DNA from: Nannocystis bainbridge
GTDB taxonomy: Bacteria > Myxococcota_A > Polyangia > Nannocystales > Nannocystaceae
Direction: 5' to 3'
Length of the DNA stretch: 64,000 nucleotides
NCBI RefSeq assembly: GCF_028368995.1
Contig: NZ_JAQNDL010000002.1
Location: 288,001-352,000, forward strand
Shown here: positions 1 through 9,883 of the stretch, in pieces
Position numbering within the stretch: position 1 is the first letter of the stretch
Layout: the number at the start of each line of letters is the position of its first letter
Made by a program: the position numbers and the translations under genes
The notes under the pieces: generated by a model
Told to the model about the DNA's origin: nothing
The model's input: the letters and a program-made list of their open reading frames with translations, nothing else
The model's database searches: none

Positions 1-333
1 CGGACGCGGGTGTGCGTCAATCCGCTGACGTGGACCACGGACGCGGCGCAGGCGAGCGGCGGGCTCGGGGCTGTCTTTTGGGACAGCAGCGGAGCGAGGC
101 CGACGCCGCGGCCCGGGTTCGCGTCGGCGCGCTGCGAGGCGGGCACGCTGTACGTGGAGCTGAGCGGGTCGGTGCCGCGCGACTTCATGAGCCGCCTGCT
201 CGACCACGCGCTCGGGGCCGGCAACTATCATGCGATCGAGTACGGGCTGTTCTGGCTGGACCTGCGCGCGAACGCGAGGGCGCGCGCGGCGGCGTTCGTG
301 GCCCAGGAAGCGGCTGTCCGAAGAGACATGTGA
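1..333 (+). CDS. DUF3089-family alpha/beta hydrolase, C-terminal part (5' truncated by window edge)
   Basis: Frame is open from base 1. CVNPLTW and GNYHxxEYGLFWLDLRANAxxR match the DUF3089 C-terminus. Confidence 0.75.
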   Translation, partial: RTRVCVNPLTWTTDAAQASGGLGAVFWDSSGARPTPRPGFASARCEAGTLYVELSGSVPRDFMSRLLDHALGAGNYHAIEYGLFWLDLRANARARAAAFVAQEAAVRRDM

Positions 334-432
334 TTCGATGCTGTTCGAAGGGACAGGCGAGCTCCGCGGGCGGATGACGCGCTGCCGGTCGCTCGGCGGT
401 AACGGGATGGCCGAAGGGACAGGTTCGTCGCG

Positions 433-969
433 TCACCCGGGCGACGCGGCTGCGGGCGGCTTGCGGGTGCGCAGGTCCCAGACCAGCAGGATCACGCCGA
501 TCACCAGCGCGGCGTCGGCAATGTTAAAGCTGGGCCAGCTGCCGCCCCAGGGGTAGTTGAGCTTGATGAAGTCGACCACGCCGTGGTGGCCGAGCGCGTC
601 GACGCGGAACAGGCGATCATAGACGTTGCCGAGCGCGCCGCCGGCGACGAGGCCGCCGGCGACGAAGCGCAGGCGCGTGCCGTGGGGGGCGCGGGTGGTG
701 AGGACGATCCAGGCGATCATCGCCACGGTGACGGCGAGCAAGACGAAGGGGTAGTCGAGCCGACGCACGAGGCCGAAGGCGCTGCCCCGGTTGTAGGCGA
801 AGGCGAGCTCGAGCCACGGATCGAGGACGACTACGACGCGGCCGGTCGGGCGCAAGCTGTCCCACACCCACTGCTTGGTGCCCAGGTCGAGGGCGAGCGC
901 GCCGGCGCCGGAGACGGCGAGCAGGGCCCACAGGCGCGGGCTGGCGGGGACTTGCTGGTTTTTTAGCAT
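433..969 (-). CDS. lspA: Lipoprotein signal peptidase II
   Basis: LDLGTK, AYNRGSAFG, GGALGNVYDR, GVVDFI and WPSFNIADAAL are the LspA motifs, including both catalytic Asp. Start ATG 969 is uncertain. Confidence 0.93.
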   Translation of the reverse strand: MLKNQQVPASPRLWALLAVSGAGALALDLGTKQWVWDSLRPTGRVVVVLDPWLELAFAYNRGSAFGLVRRLDYPFVLLAVTVAMIAWIVLTTRAPHGTRLRFVAGGLVAGGALGNVYDRLFRVDALGHHGVVDFIKLNYPWGGSWPSFNIADAALVIGVILLVWDLRTRKPPAAASPG

Positions 970-987
970 CGTGCTAGAAAAACAGCA
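953..987. promoter_or_regulatory. Imperfect 16-bp inverted repeat; candidate BlaI-family operator
   Basis: TGCTGGTTTTTTAGCA-tcg-TGCTAGAAAAACAGCA is AT-rich and lies between divergent lspA and blaI. Confidence 0.6.
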
Positions 988-993
988 CAAGGG

Positions 994-1389
994 ATGCCGC
1001 GACGCAAGCCCGACCTCGATCCGCTGAGTCGGCGTGAGCGACAGATCATGGACATCGTCTACCGGCGCGGGCAGGCGACCATCCGCGACGTGCTCGACGC
1101 GCTGCCCGACCCGCCGACGTATTCGGCAGTGCGCGCGCTGGTGAAGGTGCTCGAGGACAAGGGCCACCTGCGGCACACGCAGGACGGGCCGACGTACGTG
1201 TACGCGCCGACGCGCGCGCGCGCGCGGGTGGCCACGTCGGCGCTGGCGCACGTGGTCGACACGTTCTTCGGCGGGTCGGCGAGCGACGCGGTGGCGGCGT
1301 TGCTCGACCTCGACGGGCGCGAGCTGTCGCGGGCGGAGCTCGACGAGCTGGGGGCGATGATCGAGCAGGCGCGCAAGGAGGGCCGCTGA
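994..1389 (+). CDS. BlaI/MecI/CopY family transcriptional repressor
   Basis: LSRRERQIMDIVY, TYSAVRALVKVLEDKGHL, YVYAP and VVDTFFGGS form the winged-helix signature. Confidence 0.93.
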   Translation: MPRRKPDLDPLSRRERQIMDIVYRRGQATIRDVLDALPDPPTYSAVRALVKVLEDKGHLRHTQDGPTYVYAPTRARARVATSALAHVVDTFFGGSASDAVAALLDLDGRELSRAELDELGAMIEQARKEGR

Positions 1390-1390
1390 G

Positions 1391-2302
1391 ATGATCGCGG
1401 CGGCGGCGGCTTGGCTGGGGGCGCTGCAGCTGGTGGGGGCGCTGGTGTTCGCCTCGGCTGGCCTTTTGGACATGTGCGCCCGCGGGCGCAGCGCGGCGGT
1501 GCGCCGGCAGATCTGGGCCCTGGCGATCGCGGTGGCGCTGGTGCTGCCGCTGCCGCGGCTGGCCTTGCCGACGTCGGAGCTGCGGTTGCCCGAGGTCGCG
1601 GCGACGGCGTGGCTGGTGGCGTGGGCGATCGGGGCGGGGCTGTTGCTGGCGCGGCTGGTGCGGGGTCAGAGGCTGGCGCGCAGGCGAGCGCGGCGGGCCA
1701 GGCCGATCGCCGACGGGCCGTGGCAGGCGACGGCGCGGGAGGTCGGCGGTCCGCGGGCCGAGCTGCGCGCGTGCGAGTCGGCGCGCACGCCGATGGTGGT
1801 CGGGCTGGTGCGACCGATCGTGCTGGTGCCGGTGGTGATGCTGGGCGCGCCGGCGGCCGAGCGACGGGCGCTGCTGGCCCACGAGCTGGCCCACGTGGCC
1901 CGCGCCGACGCCATGGTGGCGCTGGCGGGCGGGCTGGCGCGGGCGGTGTACTGGCCGAATCCGCTGGCCTGGTGGGCGCTGCGGCGGCTGCGAGCCCACG
2001 CCGAGGACGCGGCCGACGACGCCGCGCTGCACACGGGGATCGCGTGCTCGAGCTACGCGGCGCAGCTGGTGGCGGTGGCGCGGGCGCAGCTCGAGCGGGC
2101 CGGGCGGGTCGCCGCCGGCGGGCTGCGGGCGCGCGTGCGCGGGGTGCTCGACGCCAGGCGGATCCGCAGCGGCGCGCCCCGTCCGCTGCGCTGGGGCGTG
2201 CCGCGGTTCATCGCGGCGGCGCTGGTGCTGGCGACGATGGTGACGGCCTGCGAGGCGCGCTCGGCCGAGGATGACGGGGCGCGGCCGGGCGTGCGGCCCT
2301 GA
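1391..2302 (+). CDS. M56 family (BlaR1-like) membrane metallopeptidase
   Basis: N-terminal TM helices, HELAH zinc motif, YWPNPLAWW and EDAADD; coupled to blaI. Confidence 0.9.
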   Translation: MIAAAAAWLGALQLVGALVFASAGLLDMCARGRSAAVRRQIWALAIAVALVLPLPRLALPTSELRLPEVAATAWLVAWAIGAGLLLARLVRGQRLARRRARRARPIADGPWQATAREVGGPRAELRACESARTPMVVGLVRPIVLVPVVMLGAPAAERRALLAHELAHVARADAMVALAGGLARAVYWPNPLAWWALRRLRAHAEDAADDAALHTGIACSSYAAQLVAVARAQLERAGRVAAGGLRARVRGVLDARRIRSGAPRPLRWGVPRFIAAALVLATMVTACEARSAEDDGARPGVRP

Positions 2303-3020
2303 GGTCGCGGCGTCAGTCGCAATATCCGGGGACCCGGGCCATGCGGCCGCCGTCGCCGACGATGACGCGGCGCTCGCCGTCGGCGAGCCTGCGCGCCCAC
2401 GGCGCGCTCCAGGCCTCGAGCTCGGGCTCGTCGAGCAGCACGAGGTCGTAGACGCGGCCGTCGGCGCCCAGCGCCGTGACCCGCGTCGGGCCGCGGCTTC
2501 GCGGGGCGAGCGCTGCCGCGCGGCATGGCTCTTCGGTATACGGTCGCTCGATGCCCGGTCACCGCCAGGAGGGGCGGATTCTTGCGCAATCTGGGGCGAC
2601 GATCGGCTTTTGACGATCGTTCGAGGGCGGTGGATGGCCTGAAGCGGCGCACTGGCGCGAGGTCATGCTGCATCGAGCGAGACTGGGCTGCCCGGACGCA
2701 TGGAATGATTCGCGCGCCTGGGGTGGCGATGCTGCGCGGATGAAATGTCATGACATGGCCTCGGGGCAGGCGGTGCGGATGAGGCGTTCCACCATTACCT
2801 CTGGCGCCCAAATTTTCGGACCGCTCGGGCGGATTGCTGCGAGCTGGCCGGAGGGACAGGCGGAGACTGCGCCGGGGCCGGGCGTTCGGATGGCGGGAGG
2901 TGCCGCGGGTCACGGCGTGCGGGCGCGAAGGGGCGCGAGAGCGGGAGCAGGGCCGGCGTTCGCAGCGCGGGCGCGGCCGTTCGGCTGCAGGGGCGGCGAG
3001 GCGGGCAATCTCTCGCGGCC

Positions 3021-3608
3021 ATGAACCGACGAACCTTCCGCCACGCTGCGAGCCCACGCGCCTCTCGATGGCTCCTGCTGCTCCTCATGTCCGCCTGCTC
3101 CCGCGGGAGCTTCGGCGGCGAGGTGACGAATCCCGACACGGCCCCGCCCGAGCCGGGTGGGGCGAGCTCGGGCGCGGAGAAGGGGGCGCCGGCGCCGGCG
3201 GCGACGCACGAGCGGGTCGCGTTCCAGTGGACCTCGGGCACCGATTCGCTGTCGGGCCGGATCAAGACCCAACTGCCCGGTGGCGAGGCGTTCGAGGGCC
3301 GCTATCACGAGATCACGAAGACGGCGACGGTCGACGAGTACGGCGATCTCTATGGGGCGTGGTACGCCGATCCGTGGATGGGCTCGAACTGGTACTGGGG
3401 CGGCACCTGGCCCTACTACGATAGCGTCGAGGAGTTCATCACCCGCAACACCGGCAAGGTGGTGGCCACGCTCGAGGGCGACCGCGGGACGAAGATGCGC
3501 TGTCGCTTCACGCTCGAGGACCCGGACCGCGGGATCAAGGGCGGCGGCACCGGTGAGTGCCAGCTCTCGAACGGCGAGCGGATCACGACGCGCTTCGAGC
3601 CGCAGTGA
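3021..3608 (+). CDS. Hypothetical lipoprotein
   Basis: Signal peptide ending LLMSAC; GC3-rich codons; C-terminal RCRF...GGGTGECQLSNG. Confidence 0.75.
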   Translation: MNRRTFRHAASPRASRWLLLLLMSACSRGSFGGEVTNPDTAPPEPGGASSGAEKGAPAPAATHERVAFQWTSGTDSLSGRIKTQLPGGEAFEGRYHEITKTATVDEYGDLYGAWYADPWMGSNWYWGGTWPYYDSVEEFITRNTGKVVATLEGDRGTKMRCRFTLEDPDRGIKGGGTGECQLSNGERITTRFEPQ

Positions 3609-3702
3609 GCATCGGACTCGACGACGGACCTCGAGCGGAGCGCGGCGGAGCGAGCCGTCGCGCGCTCCGCGACAGCAGAAATCACGGGACTCGTGCGCTC
3701 GT

Positions 3703-3754
3703 CGTGACGGCAGGATTCATGGGACTCGCGTGACGGCAGGATTCATGGGACTCG
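3703..3754. repeat. 26-bp exact tandem duplication
   Basis: CGTGACGGCAGGATTCATGGGACTCG occurs twice, with a degenerate copy at about 3670-3692. Confidence 0.8.
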
Positions 3755-3830
3755 CGAGTCGCTGCATATCGGTGCTTCGATAGGCAGCGAGCCCATGAAA
3801 ATCTGCGGCGTCAACGGACGCCCGGCCCGC

Positions 3831-4832
3831 TCACAGCGCCATGCGGAGGATCACCCACACGATTGCGAAGATCACGAACAGCGTCAGGAAGGACGGGACC
3901 TTGCTGGTCTTGGCGGGCTGGGCGACGGCGGCGGGCGGGGCCACGGCCGGCTCGGACTGCGCGGCGGTGGGCGGGTTGACGGAGACGTTGACCATCCACC
4001 GCCGGTGCTCGCGTCCCGGGTGGGTGTCGGTGCGGTTGAGGTTGCCGTTGCTCAGGTCGAACTTGTTGCCGTCGCCGCCGTCGAGGCCGACCGCGAGCCA
4101 GGGCTCGGGCCCGAACTGCACCCCGGTGACGGCGCGGTCCATGTAGCGGAGCTGGCCGATGTTGTCGCGCCCCGGCCACGACAGCACGATCACGAGGCTC
4201 TCGCCGAGGACCATGGCGATCGCGTCGCCGCCGAGCGAGCAGGCGATCGCGCGGATCGGCGTGTCGGCCGGGCCGCCGGTGAGGTGGTGGACGGCGCCGC
4301 TCTCGACGCGCAGGAGCTTGTTGGCGAGGGCGACGACCCAGAAGCCGCGCGCGTTCCAGGCGGCGGCCACCACCGGCGCGCCGACCTCGACGTCGAACAG
4401 CAGGCCGTCGGGGCCGAACACGCCGACCTTGCCTTGCTCGTCGGCGACGAGGAACTGACCGCTCACGCCCCACGCGACCACGGCGGCGCCCGGCCAGGCG
4501 TGCCGTCGTCCCGGGCCGCTCTGGGTCAGCTCGACGACGCCGTCCGCGGTTGCAACGAGCACATGCCCCGCCGGCGAGACGGCGGCGTCGCGGGCGATGT
4601 CGCCGGCCTCGGCGGTGGCCCGCTGCTCGTCGCGCTGCGGGTCGTGCCACACGGCCTGGCCGTCCTCGTCGACGCTGATGACGGCGTCGGGGGTGGCGCC
4701 GACTGCCACCAGCGGGGACTTGCAGTCTCGCCGCCAGCGCGGGCCCTCGCTCGGACCGTCGTGGACGAGGAGCTCGGCGTCGTCGGCGAGCACGAGGTTG
4801 CGACCGGCGCTATCGAAGGCGATCATGCGCAT
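3831..4832 (-). CDS. WD40/beta-propeller protein with C-terminal TM anchor
   Basis: Repeated blade-like motifs (AAVSPAGHVLVA, VAWGVSGQFLVA, AAAWNARG); hydrophobic tail FLTLFVIFAIVWVILRMAL. Confidence 0.7.
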   Translation of the reverse strand: MRMIAFDSAGRNLVLADDAELLVHDGPSEGPRWRRDCKSPLVAVGATPDAVISVDEDGQAVWHDPQRDEQRATAEAGDIARDAAVSPAGHVLVATADGVVELTQSGPGRRHAWPGAAVVAWGVSGQFLVADEQGKVGVFGPDGLLFDVEVGAPVVAAAWNARGFWVVALANKLLRVESGAVHHLTGGPADTPIRAIACSLGGDAIAMVLGESLVIVLSWPGRDNIGQLRYMDRAVTGVQFGPEPWLAVGLDGGDGNKFDLSNGNLNRTDTHPGREHRRWMVNVSVNPPTAAQSEPAVAPPAAVAQPAKTSKVPSFLTLFVIFAIVWVILRMAL

Positions 4833-5018
4833 GCCGCGTATCACGGGGCGCGACGGCGCGCAACGGGGGGGCGACGGGGCTGAGGGGCCGCAGGAGCCCG
4901 CTGGCGGCGAGATCGGGCCGCGCCCGGGATGGTCGGCACGAGTCGGCGAAGGCGGGGCGAGTGGCCCGAGCCGGGACGGTCGCGGGCACCGACGAGTCAG
5001 GACGTGGACTGTCGTTAG

Positions 5019-5150
5019 GGACATGTCCTTTGGGGCATGCTCAGCGAGACATGGCTGTGAGGACATGTCCGGAAGGGCATGTCATTACGAAAGAACAGGC
5101 CCTTCGCGGCGGTGGCCGCGAGGACCTGTCTGGAAGGGCATGTCCACAAG
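5019..5150. repeat. Intergenic cluster of GGACATGTCC-family palindromes
   Basis: Exact copies at 5019-5028 and 5061-5070, plus variants GGGCATGTC and GGACCTGTC. Confidence 0.75.
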
Positions 5151-5169
5151 GACACGCTCTCCCGCGCGC

Positions 5170-6147
5170 TCAGGGCTTGGCGACGACCAGGACCTTGCCG
5201 CCGCGCTGCTGCTTCTCGGCGTGGCGCAGGGCCTCGCCGATGCGGTCCAGCGGGTAGGTGGCCTCGATCGGGGTGGTCAGCTCGCCGGTTGCGAGCAGGC
5301 CGAGCAGCTCGCCGAAGGCCTTGGCGACGCCCTCGCGCGGGGTGTTGCGGAACCACTCGACCAGCCAGAAGCCGCGCAGGGTGACGCCGCGGAACACCAG
5401 GTCGACGCCCGAGAGCTGGCAGGCCTCGCCGGACAGCAGGCCGTAGTTGACGACGACGCCGCCGGGGCTGACGGACGAGCCGAGGCGACCGGTCGCGGCG
5501 CCGCCGATGGCGTCGACGGCGAAGCGCAGGCTGCCGTCGCCGACGACGGCCTTGACGCGCTCGGCGAGGTCGGGGCCGTCGACGAGCACGACCTCGGCGC
5601 CCCAGCTCTTCAAGGTGTCCTCGAGGCCAGGTCGACGCACGACGGCGATCCCGCGCGCGCCGGCCTTTTTGGCGAGGGTGAAGAAGGCGCGGCCGACCCC
5701 CGAGTTGGCGGCGTTCTTGAGGACCCACTGGCCGGGCTGCAGCTGGGCCTCGTGGACGAGGGCGCGGGCGGTCAGCGGGTTGACGGTGAGCATGGCCAGC
5801 TGCTCGTCGGCGATGCCGGCCGGGAGGGCGAACAGGCCGGAGGCGGCGAGCACGTGGTGCTCGCGCCAGGTGCCGCCGCCGAGCAGGACGCGGTCGCCGA
5901 CGCGGATGTTGTCGACGCCGGAGCCGACCGCGGTGACGACCCCGACGCCCTCGAGGCCGCCGATCGCCGGCAAGGTGGGGACGATGCCGTACTGTCCGCG
6001 CAGGTTGAGCAGGTCGGCCGGGTTGATCGGCGCGGCCAGCATGGCGACGGCGGCCTGCCCGGGCCCGGGCGGTGGAGGTGCGGGGAGGTCGACGACCTCG
6101 GCGACCTCGTCGGGGGCGCCAAAGCGGGAGAACTGAACGGCTCGCAT
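5170..6147 (-). CDS. MDR-family NADPH oxidoreductase, trans-2-enoyl-thioester reductase-like
   Basis: AAPINPADL, GGLEGVG, MLTVNPLTA, NAANSGVG, NYGLLSG and LRGFWL; ATG at 6147. Confidence 0.9.
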   Translation of the reverse strand: MRAVQFSRFGAPDEVAEVVDLPAPPPPGPGQAAVAMLAAPINPADLLNLRGQYGIVPTLPAIGGLEGVGVVTAVGSGVDNIRVGDRVLLGGGTWREHHVLAASGLFALPAGIADEQLAMLTVNPLTARALVHEAQLQPGQWVLKNAANSGVGRAFFTLAKKAGARGIAVVRRPGLEDTLKSWGAEVVLVDGPDLAERVKAVVGDGSLRFAVDAIGGAATGRLGSSVSPGGVVVNYGLLSGEACQLSGVDLVFRGVTLRGFWLVEWFRNTPREGVAKAFGELLGLLATGELTTPIEATYPLDRIGEALRHAEKQQRGGKVLVVAKP

Positions 6148-6406
6148 GGCCGGAAAGTAGCACCGCGGCGGGCTCGATCGCTCGAGTCGCGGCGGGGATG
6201 CGGACAGCGAGCCCGGCCGCGCGAGCGAGCGGAGGCCCGGCCGCAAAAGCGTGAATCCGGGACGTCGAGGACGGGTGAAATGAAGGTCGCGGGTGCCCGC
6301 GAGCAGCGGCCGGGCGCGACGCAGGTCGCGGGTGAACGGCGAACGGAGGTGCAGCGCGACGACTCGCGGGCGCCCGGCGAGCACCCGTGATTCGCTGCGC
6401 CGGGCC

Positions 6407-7237
6407 TCAGAAGCGGCCGGACAGCGTCAGACCGGCGTAATTGAAGCTGAGGGTCGGCTGCAGGCGGACCTGGTTGTGGGTGATGTAGCGCATCAGCTTG
6501 AGGTTGCGGCCGTAGGCGACGCCGTGGGTCAGGAGGCCGACGCCGACGACGCCCATCGCCTGGCCGATGCCGATGCCCGCGAGGTAGCCGCTCATGCGCC
6601 GGCCCATGCACTGGCGGAAGCCGGGGACGTTGCCCTCGACGACCTCGGGGCCGCCGAGGTCGCCGCCGGTCATGTCGAGGATCGGGCTGCGCTCGTTGCA
6701 GGTGGCGAAGCCGAGGACGTCGGCGAACGAGGCGATCCGGACGCCGAGGTAGGTGACGATGCCGGCGGTCATGATGCCGGCGCCGAGGCCGATCTGCAGG
6801 GCGGCGTTCTGCTTGCGCTCGCCGGAGAAGGCGGTGCGGTGGGCGTCCCAGCGGCCGCGCATCGAGCCGCCGCCGGCGGCGAAGGCGAAGGCGGCGGTGT
6901 TGGAGAGCAGGCCGATCGGGGCGAGGATGCCGAGCGCGGCGCTGCCGTTGATGCACTGGTCGAAGCCGGCGACGCTCATGGCCTCGTTGTCGTAGCTGAG
7001 GTCGCGGCACAGGCGGCTGGCCGCGACGACGCGCCCGAGGTTGGCGCCGAAGCCGATGCCGCCGAGCACGCCGGCGGTGGCGAGCAGGCCGGTGCCGCGC
7101 CAGCGCGGCTCGGGCGGGCGGGCAGAGGCAGGGGCGGGGGCGTCCACGCTGGCGGCGGGCGCGGGGCCTTCGGGCGCGGGGGCCTCGGGCTGGGCGGCGA
7201 GGACGACGGAGAGGGCGAGGGCGACGGTGGAGGCCAT
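6407..7237 (-). CDS. Hypothetical secreted/membrane protein
   Basis: Signal peptide MASTVALALSVVLAA, Pro/Ala linker, hydrophobic helices and terminal GLTLSGRF. Confidence 0.7.
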   Translation of the reverse strand: MASTVALALSVVLAAQPEAPAPEGPAPAASVDAPAPASARPPEPRWRGTGLLATAGVLGGIGFGANLGRVVAASRLCRDLSYDNEAMSVAGFDQCINGSAALGILAPIGLLSNTAAFAFAAGGGSMRGRWDAHRTAFSGERKQNAALQIGLGAGIMTAGIVTYLGVRIASFADVLGFATCNERSPILDMTGGDLGGPEVVEGNVPGFRQCMGRRMSGYLAGIGIGQAMGVVGVGLLTHGVAYGRNLKLMRYITHNQVRLQPTLSFNYAGLTLSGRF

Positions 7238-7496
7238 GGTGGTGCTTCCGATCGGGATGTCCGCGAGGACATGGGGTGCGATCACCACGCGGCGGCGCGA
7301 ACACGTCGCGCTGCGGTCGTCGGGTGACGCGGCTGCGATCACCGGCGAGCGGGCGCGAGCGCGGCGCGCCGCGCGGCCCGTGGGGTGACCACGATCGGAT
7401 AGCTGCCCGTGCGGGCGCGACGGATCAGTGCGCGCTGTTTGGCGAGCTCACGGCCTCTGCACGTCGTTCGCGTGAAACCGGGCCCCGGACGGGCCT

Positions 7497-8723
7497 TCAG
7501 GCCCGCGGGAAAGTGCTGCTTTCTGCAACGACGTCGGCCAGCAGGTCGGCGACGGTGTGCGCCTCTTCCACGGTGAGGCACAGCGGCGGGCAGATGAATA
7601 AAAGATTGTCGCGGTACGGGACGTAGGCGCCGCGCTCGAGCAGGCGAGCGGCCAGCGGGGCGGCGGGGCGGTCGAGCTCGAGGCAGCGCATCAGGCCGAG
7701 GCCGCGGCTGTCGCGGACGGCGCCGCGCAGGGATGGCTTTTGGGACATGTCCTGAAAGCGCTCCGCGAACACGCCACCGACCTGGTCGGCGTTCTCGGGC
7801 AGGCGCTGCTCGGCGTAGACCTCGAGCGCGCCGAGAGCGGCCGCGCAGCCGACCGGGTGGGCGTAGTGGGTGACGCCGCACCATAACTTGTGGTCGTCGA
7901 AGTGAGCGGCGACCTTCGCGGAGGCCATGACTGCGGACAGCGGGGCGTAGCCGCTGGTGAGGCCCTTGCCGAGCACCATGAGGTCGGGCTGCACGCCCCA
8001 GTGCTCGCGCGCGAACCACCGGCCGGTGCGGCCGAAGCCGCTGAAGATCTCGTCGTCGACGAGCAGGATGCCGTGGCGGTCGCACACCGAGCGCACCGCG
8101 GGCCAGAAGTCGGGCGGCGGGGGCTGCATGCCGTTGGTGCCGGTGAAGCCCTCGAGCACGATCGCGGCGATGGTCTCGGGGCCCTCGCGCTCGACGACCT
8201 CGTGCAGGCTCTGGGCCCACGCCGAGGGCTCGCCGGCGGGCGCGGGGTACGGGTCGTCGATGTGGATCGCGGGCGCGAGGTCGGCGGCGAACGGGGCGCG
8301 GCGCGGGTCGCCGGCGATGCCGAGCGTCGCCAGGGTGGCGCCGTGGTAGCTGCGGCGGCGCGTGACGATCTTGCTGCGGCCGGTGTAGAGGCGGGCGATC
8401 TTGATCGCGTTCTCGACCGCCTCGGCGCCGCCGGAGGCGAGGAAGGCCCGGGCGAGGCCGGTGCGCTCGGCCAGCGCGGCGGTGAGCTGCTCGCGGACCT
8501 CGAGGCGCATGTTGGGCCCGGCGACCGGGAGCTCGCGGATCTGGGCGATCATCCGCTCCTGAATGTGGCGCACGCCGTGGCCGGCGTTGACGTTGTAGGT
8601 CTGGCTCTCGAGGTCCCACAACCAGCCGTGCTCGCGGGTGCGGAAGCGGGCGCCCTCGGCGGCGTCGACGGTGAGCGGGTGGGCGTTTCGCTGGGCGGAC
8701 CAGGTGTAGAAGATATGGCTCAT
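7497..8723 (-). CDS. Class III PLP-dependent aminotransferase (omega-amino acid/taurine type)
   Basis: GGAEAVENAIK, RSYHGAT, DDEIFSGFGRTG and VLGKGLTSGY (PLP Lys); 4-bp overlap with the upstream gene. Confidence 0.9.
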   Translation of the reverse strand: MSHIFYTWSAQRNAHPLTVDAAEGARFRTREHGWLWDLESQTYNVNAGHGVRHIQERMIAQIRELPVAGPNMRLEVREQLTAALAERTGLARAFLASGGAEAVENAIKIARLYTGRSKIVTRRRSYHGATLATLGIAGDPRRAPFAADLAPAIHIDDPYPAPAGEPSAWAQSLHEVVEREGPETIAAIVLEGFTGTNGMQPPPPDFWPAVRSVCDRHGILLVDDEIFSGFGRTGRWFAREHWGVQPDLMVLGKGLTSGYAPLSAVMASAKVAAHFDDHKLWCGVTHYAHPVGCAAALGALEVYAEQRLPENADQVGGVFAERFQDMSQKPSLRGAVRDSRGLGLMRCLELDRPAAPLAARLLERGAYVPYRDNLLFICPPLCLTVEEAHTVADLLADVVAESSTFPRA

Positions 8724-9883
8724 GGGACATGTCCTCCGCGCCAGCGATCGAGCTGGACCACGGTGAACGGCTCGGTCTGGCCGCAGCCGCGGCCGACCAG
8801 GACCTGGCCGCGGGAGAGGTCGATGATCATGCGGCCGCAGGTCTTGGAGGCGGACGGATCGCCGCCGCCGTCGTCGATGTGCGAGCAGACCGAGCGGGGG
8901 AAGCCGTCGTGGCTCGACAGCATGGTCCACAGGGCGCGGGCGTCCTGCGGGCGCTGCTGGACGTAGAGGGTGGTGGCCAGCTCCATGCGGCGGAACGAGG
9001 TGCTGGCCTTCGGGACAGCTTCGTGCTGGCGCAGGATCGGGTCGAAGCAATGGTTGGTGTGGAGGTGGGCCGCGCGGGCGCCGACCTGGGTGACGACCTT
9101 GAGCTTGCCGGAGGTCTCGACGCCGAAGAACTCGCGGCCGTCGGCGATCATGTAGTGGTGACCCGAGGACAGGCGGGTGCGCAGCAGCAGGTCGCGGGCC
9201 TCGCGGGCGCTGGCGCAGGCCAGCATGGCGCGCACGAGCGCGGGCCAGACCACGCCGACCTGACCGTCGGTGCTGGACAGGTTGTTGATGGTGACGGCGA
9301 GGCCGCTGGCGCTGACGCCGGTCATGCCGAGGCAGCCGGTCAGGGTGAAGCAGACGACCTCGTCGTCGCCGCGCCTGGGCTTGATGCGGATGGCGCGCAC
9401 GTAGGGCTCGGCGGTGCCGTGCATGTCCCAGGTCTGGCCGAGCACCGGGGCGTCGTGGCCGGGCAAGTAGACGGCGGTGCAGCCGCCCGGATCGTCGTCG
9501 TCGTCGTTGGTGTTGAGGGCGTGGAAGGTGTCCGAAACGACAGGGTCTTCCGGACATGTCCCTTCGAGCACGCTCGGCGGGACGTCGCGCAGGTCGGTGT
9601 AGTGGTTGAGGATGACGACCGCCTCGGGGGTGACGGCGGCGCCGCGGGCGATGCCCCGCAGCTCGGCGGCCAGCGGCGCCGAGAAGTTGTCGAGCAGCGG
9701 GAGGTGGAGCCGGGCGACGTCGTCGAGCTGGGCGCGGCCGGAGAACGAGCCCTTCTTGAGCGCGAGCGCGGCGCGGATCTCGACGAGCTCGCGGATCTCG
9801 GCCCGCCACAGCTCGCCGTGGGCCTCGCCGCGGGCGGCCGGGTCGTCTTGATCGAACAGGAACGGTGCGAAGGAGTCGGTCAC
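8720..9883 (-). CDS. C45 family Ntn-hydrolase/acyltransferase (isopenicillin-N acyltransferase-like)
   Basis: GEAHG, ELRGIARGA, GG-CT autocleavage site, GQTWD and HTNH; GTG start overlaps the upstream stop. Confidence 0.88.
   Translation of the reverse strand: MTDSFAPFLFDQDDPAARGEAHGELWRAEIRELVEIRAALALKKGSFSGRAQLDDVARLHLPLLDNFSAPLAAELRGIARGAAVTPEAVVILNHYTDLRDVPPSVLEGTCPEDPVVSDTFHALNTNDDDDDPGGCTAVYLPGHDAPVLGQTWDMHGTAEPYVRAIRIKPRRGDDEVVCFTLTGCLGMTGVSASGLAVTINNLSSTDGQVGVVWPALVRAMLACASAREARDLLLRTRLSSGHHYMIADGREFFGVETSGKLKVVTQVGARAAHLHTNHCFDPILRQHEAVPKASTSFRRMELATTLYVQQRPQDARALWTMLSSHDGFPRSVCSHIDDGGGDPSASKTCGRMIIDLSRGQVLVGRGCGQTEPFTVVQLDRWRGGHVP

Noticed and set aside
2313-2526. Minus-strand coding-like stretch (VTALGADGRVYDLVLLDEPELEAW...GYCD)
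   Set aside because: No in-frame start before an upstream stop, and the nearby ATG is in another frame. It may be a remnant but is not supportable.
2745-2756. Perfect 12-bp palindrome ATGTCATGACAT
   Set aside because: Single occurrence with no assignable regulator; may relate to the TGTC/GACA repeat family.
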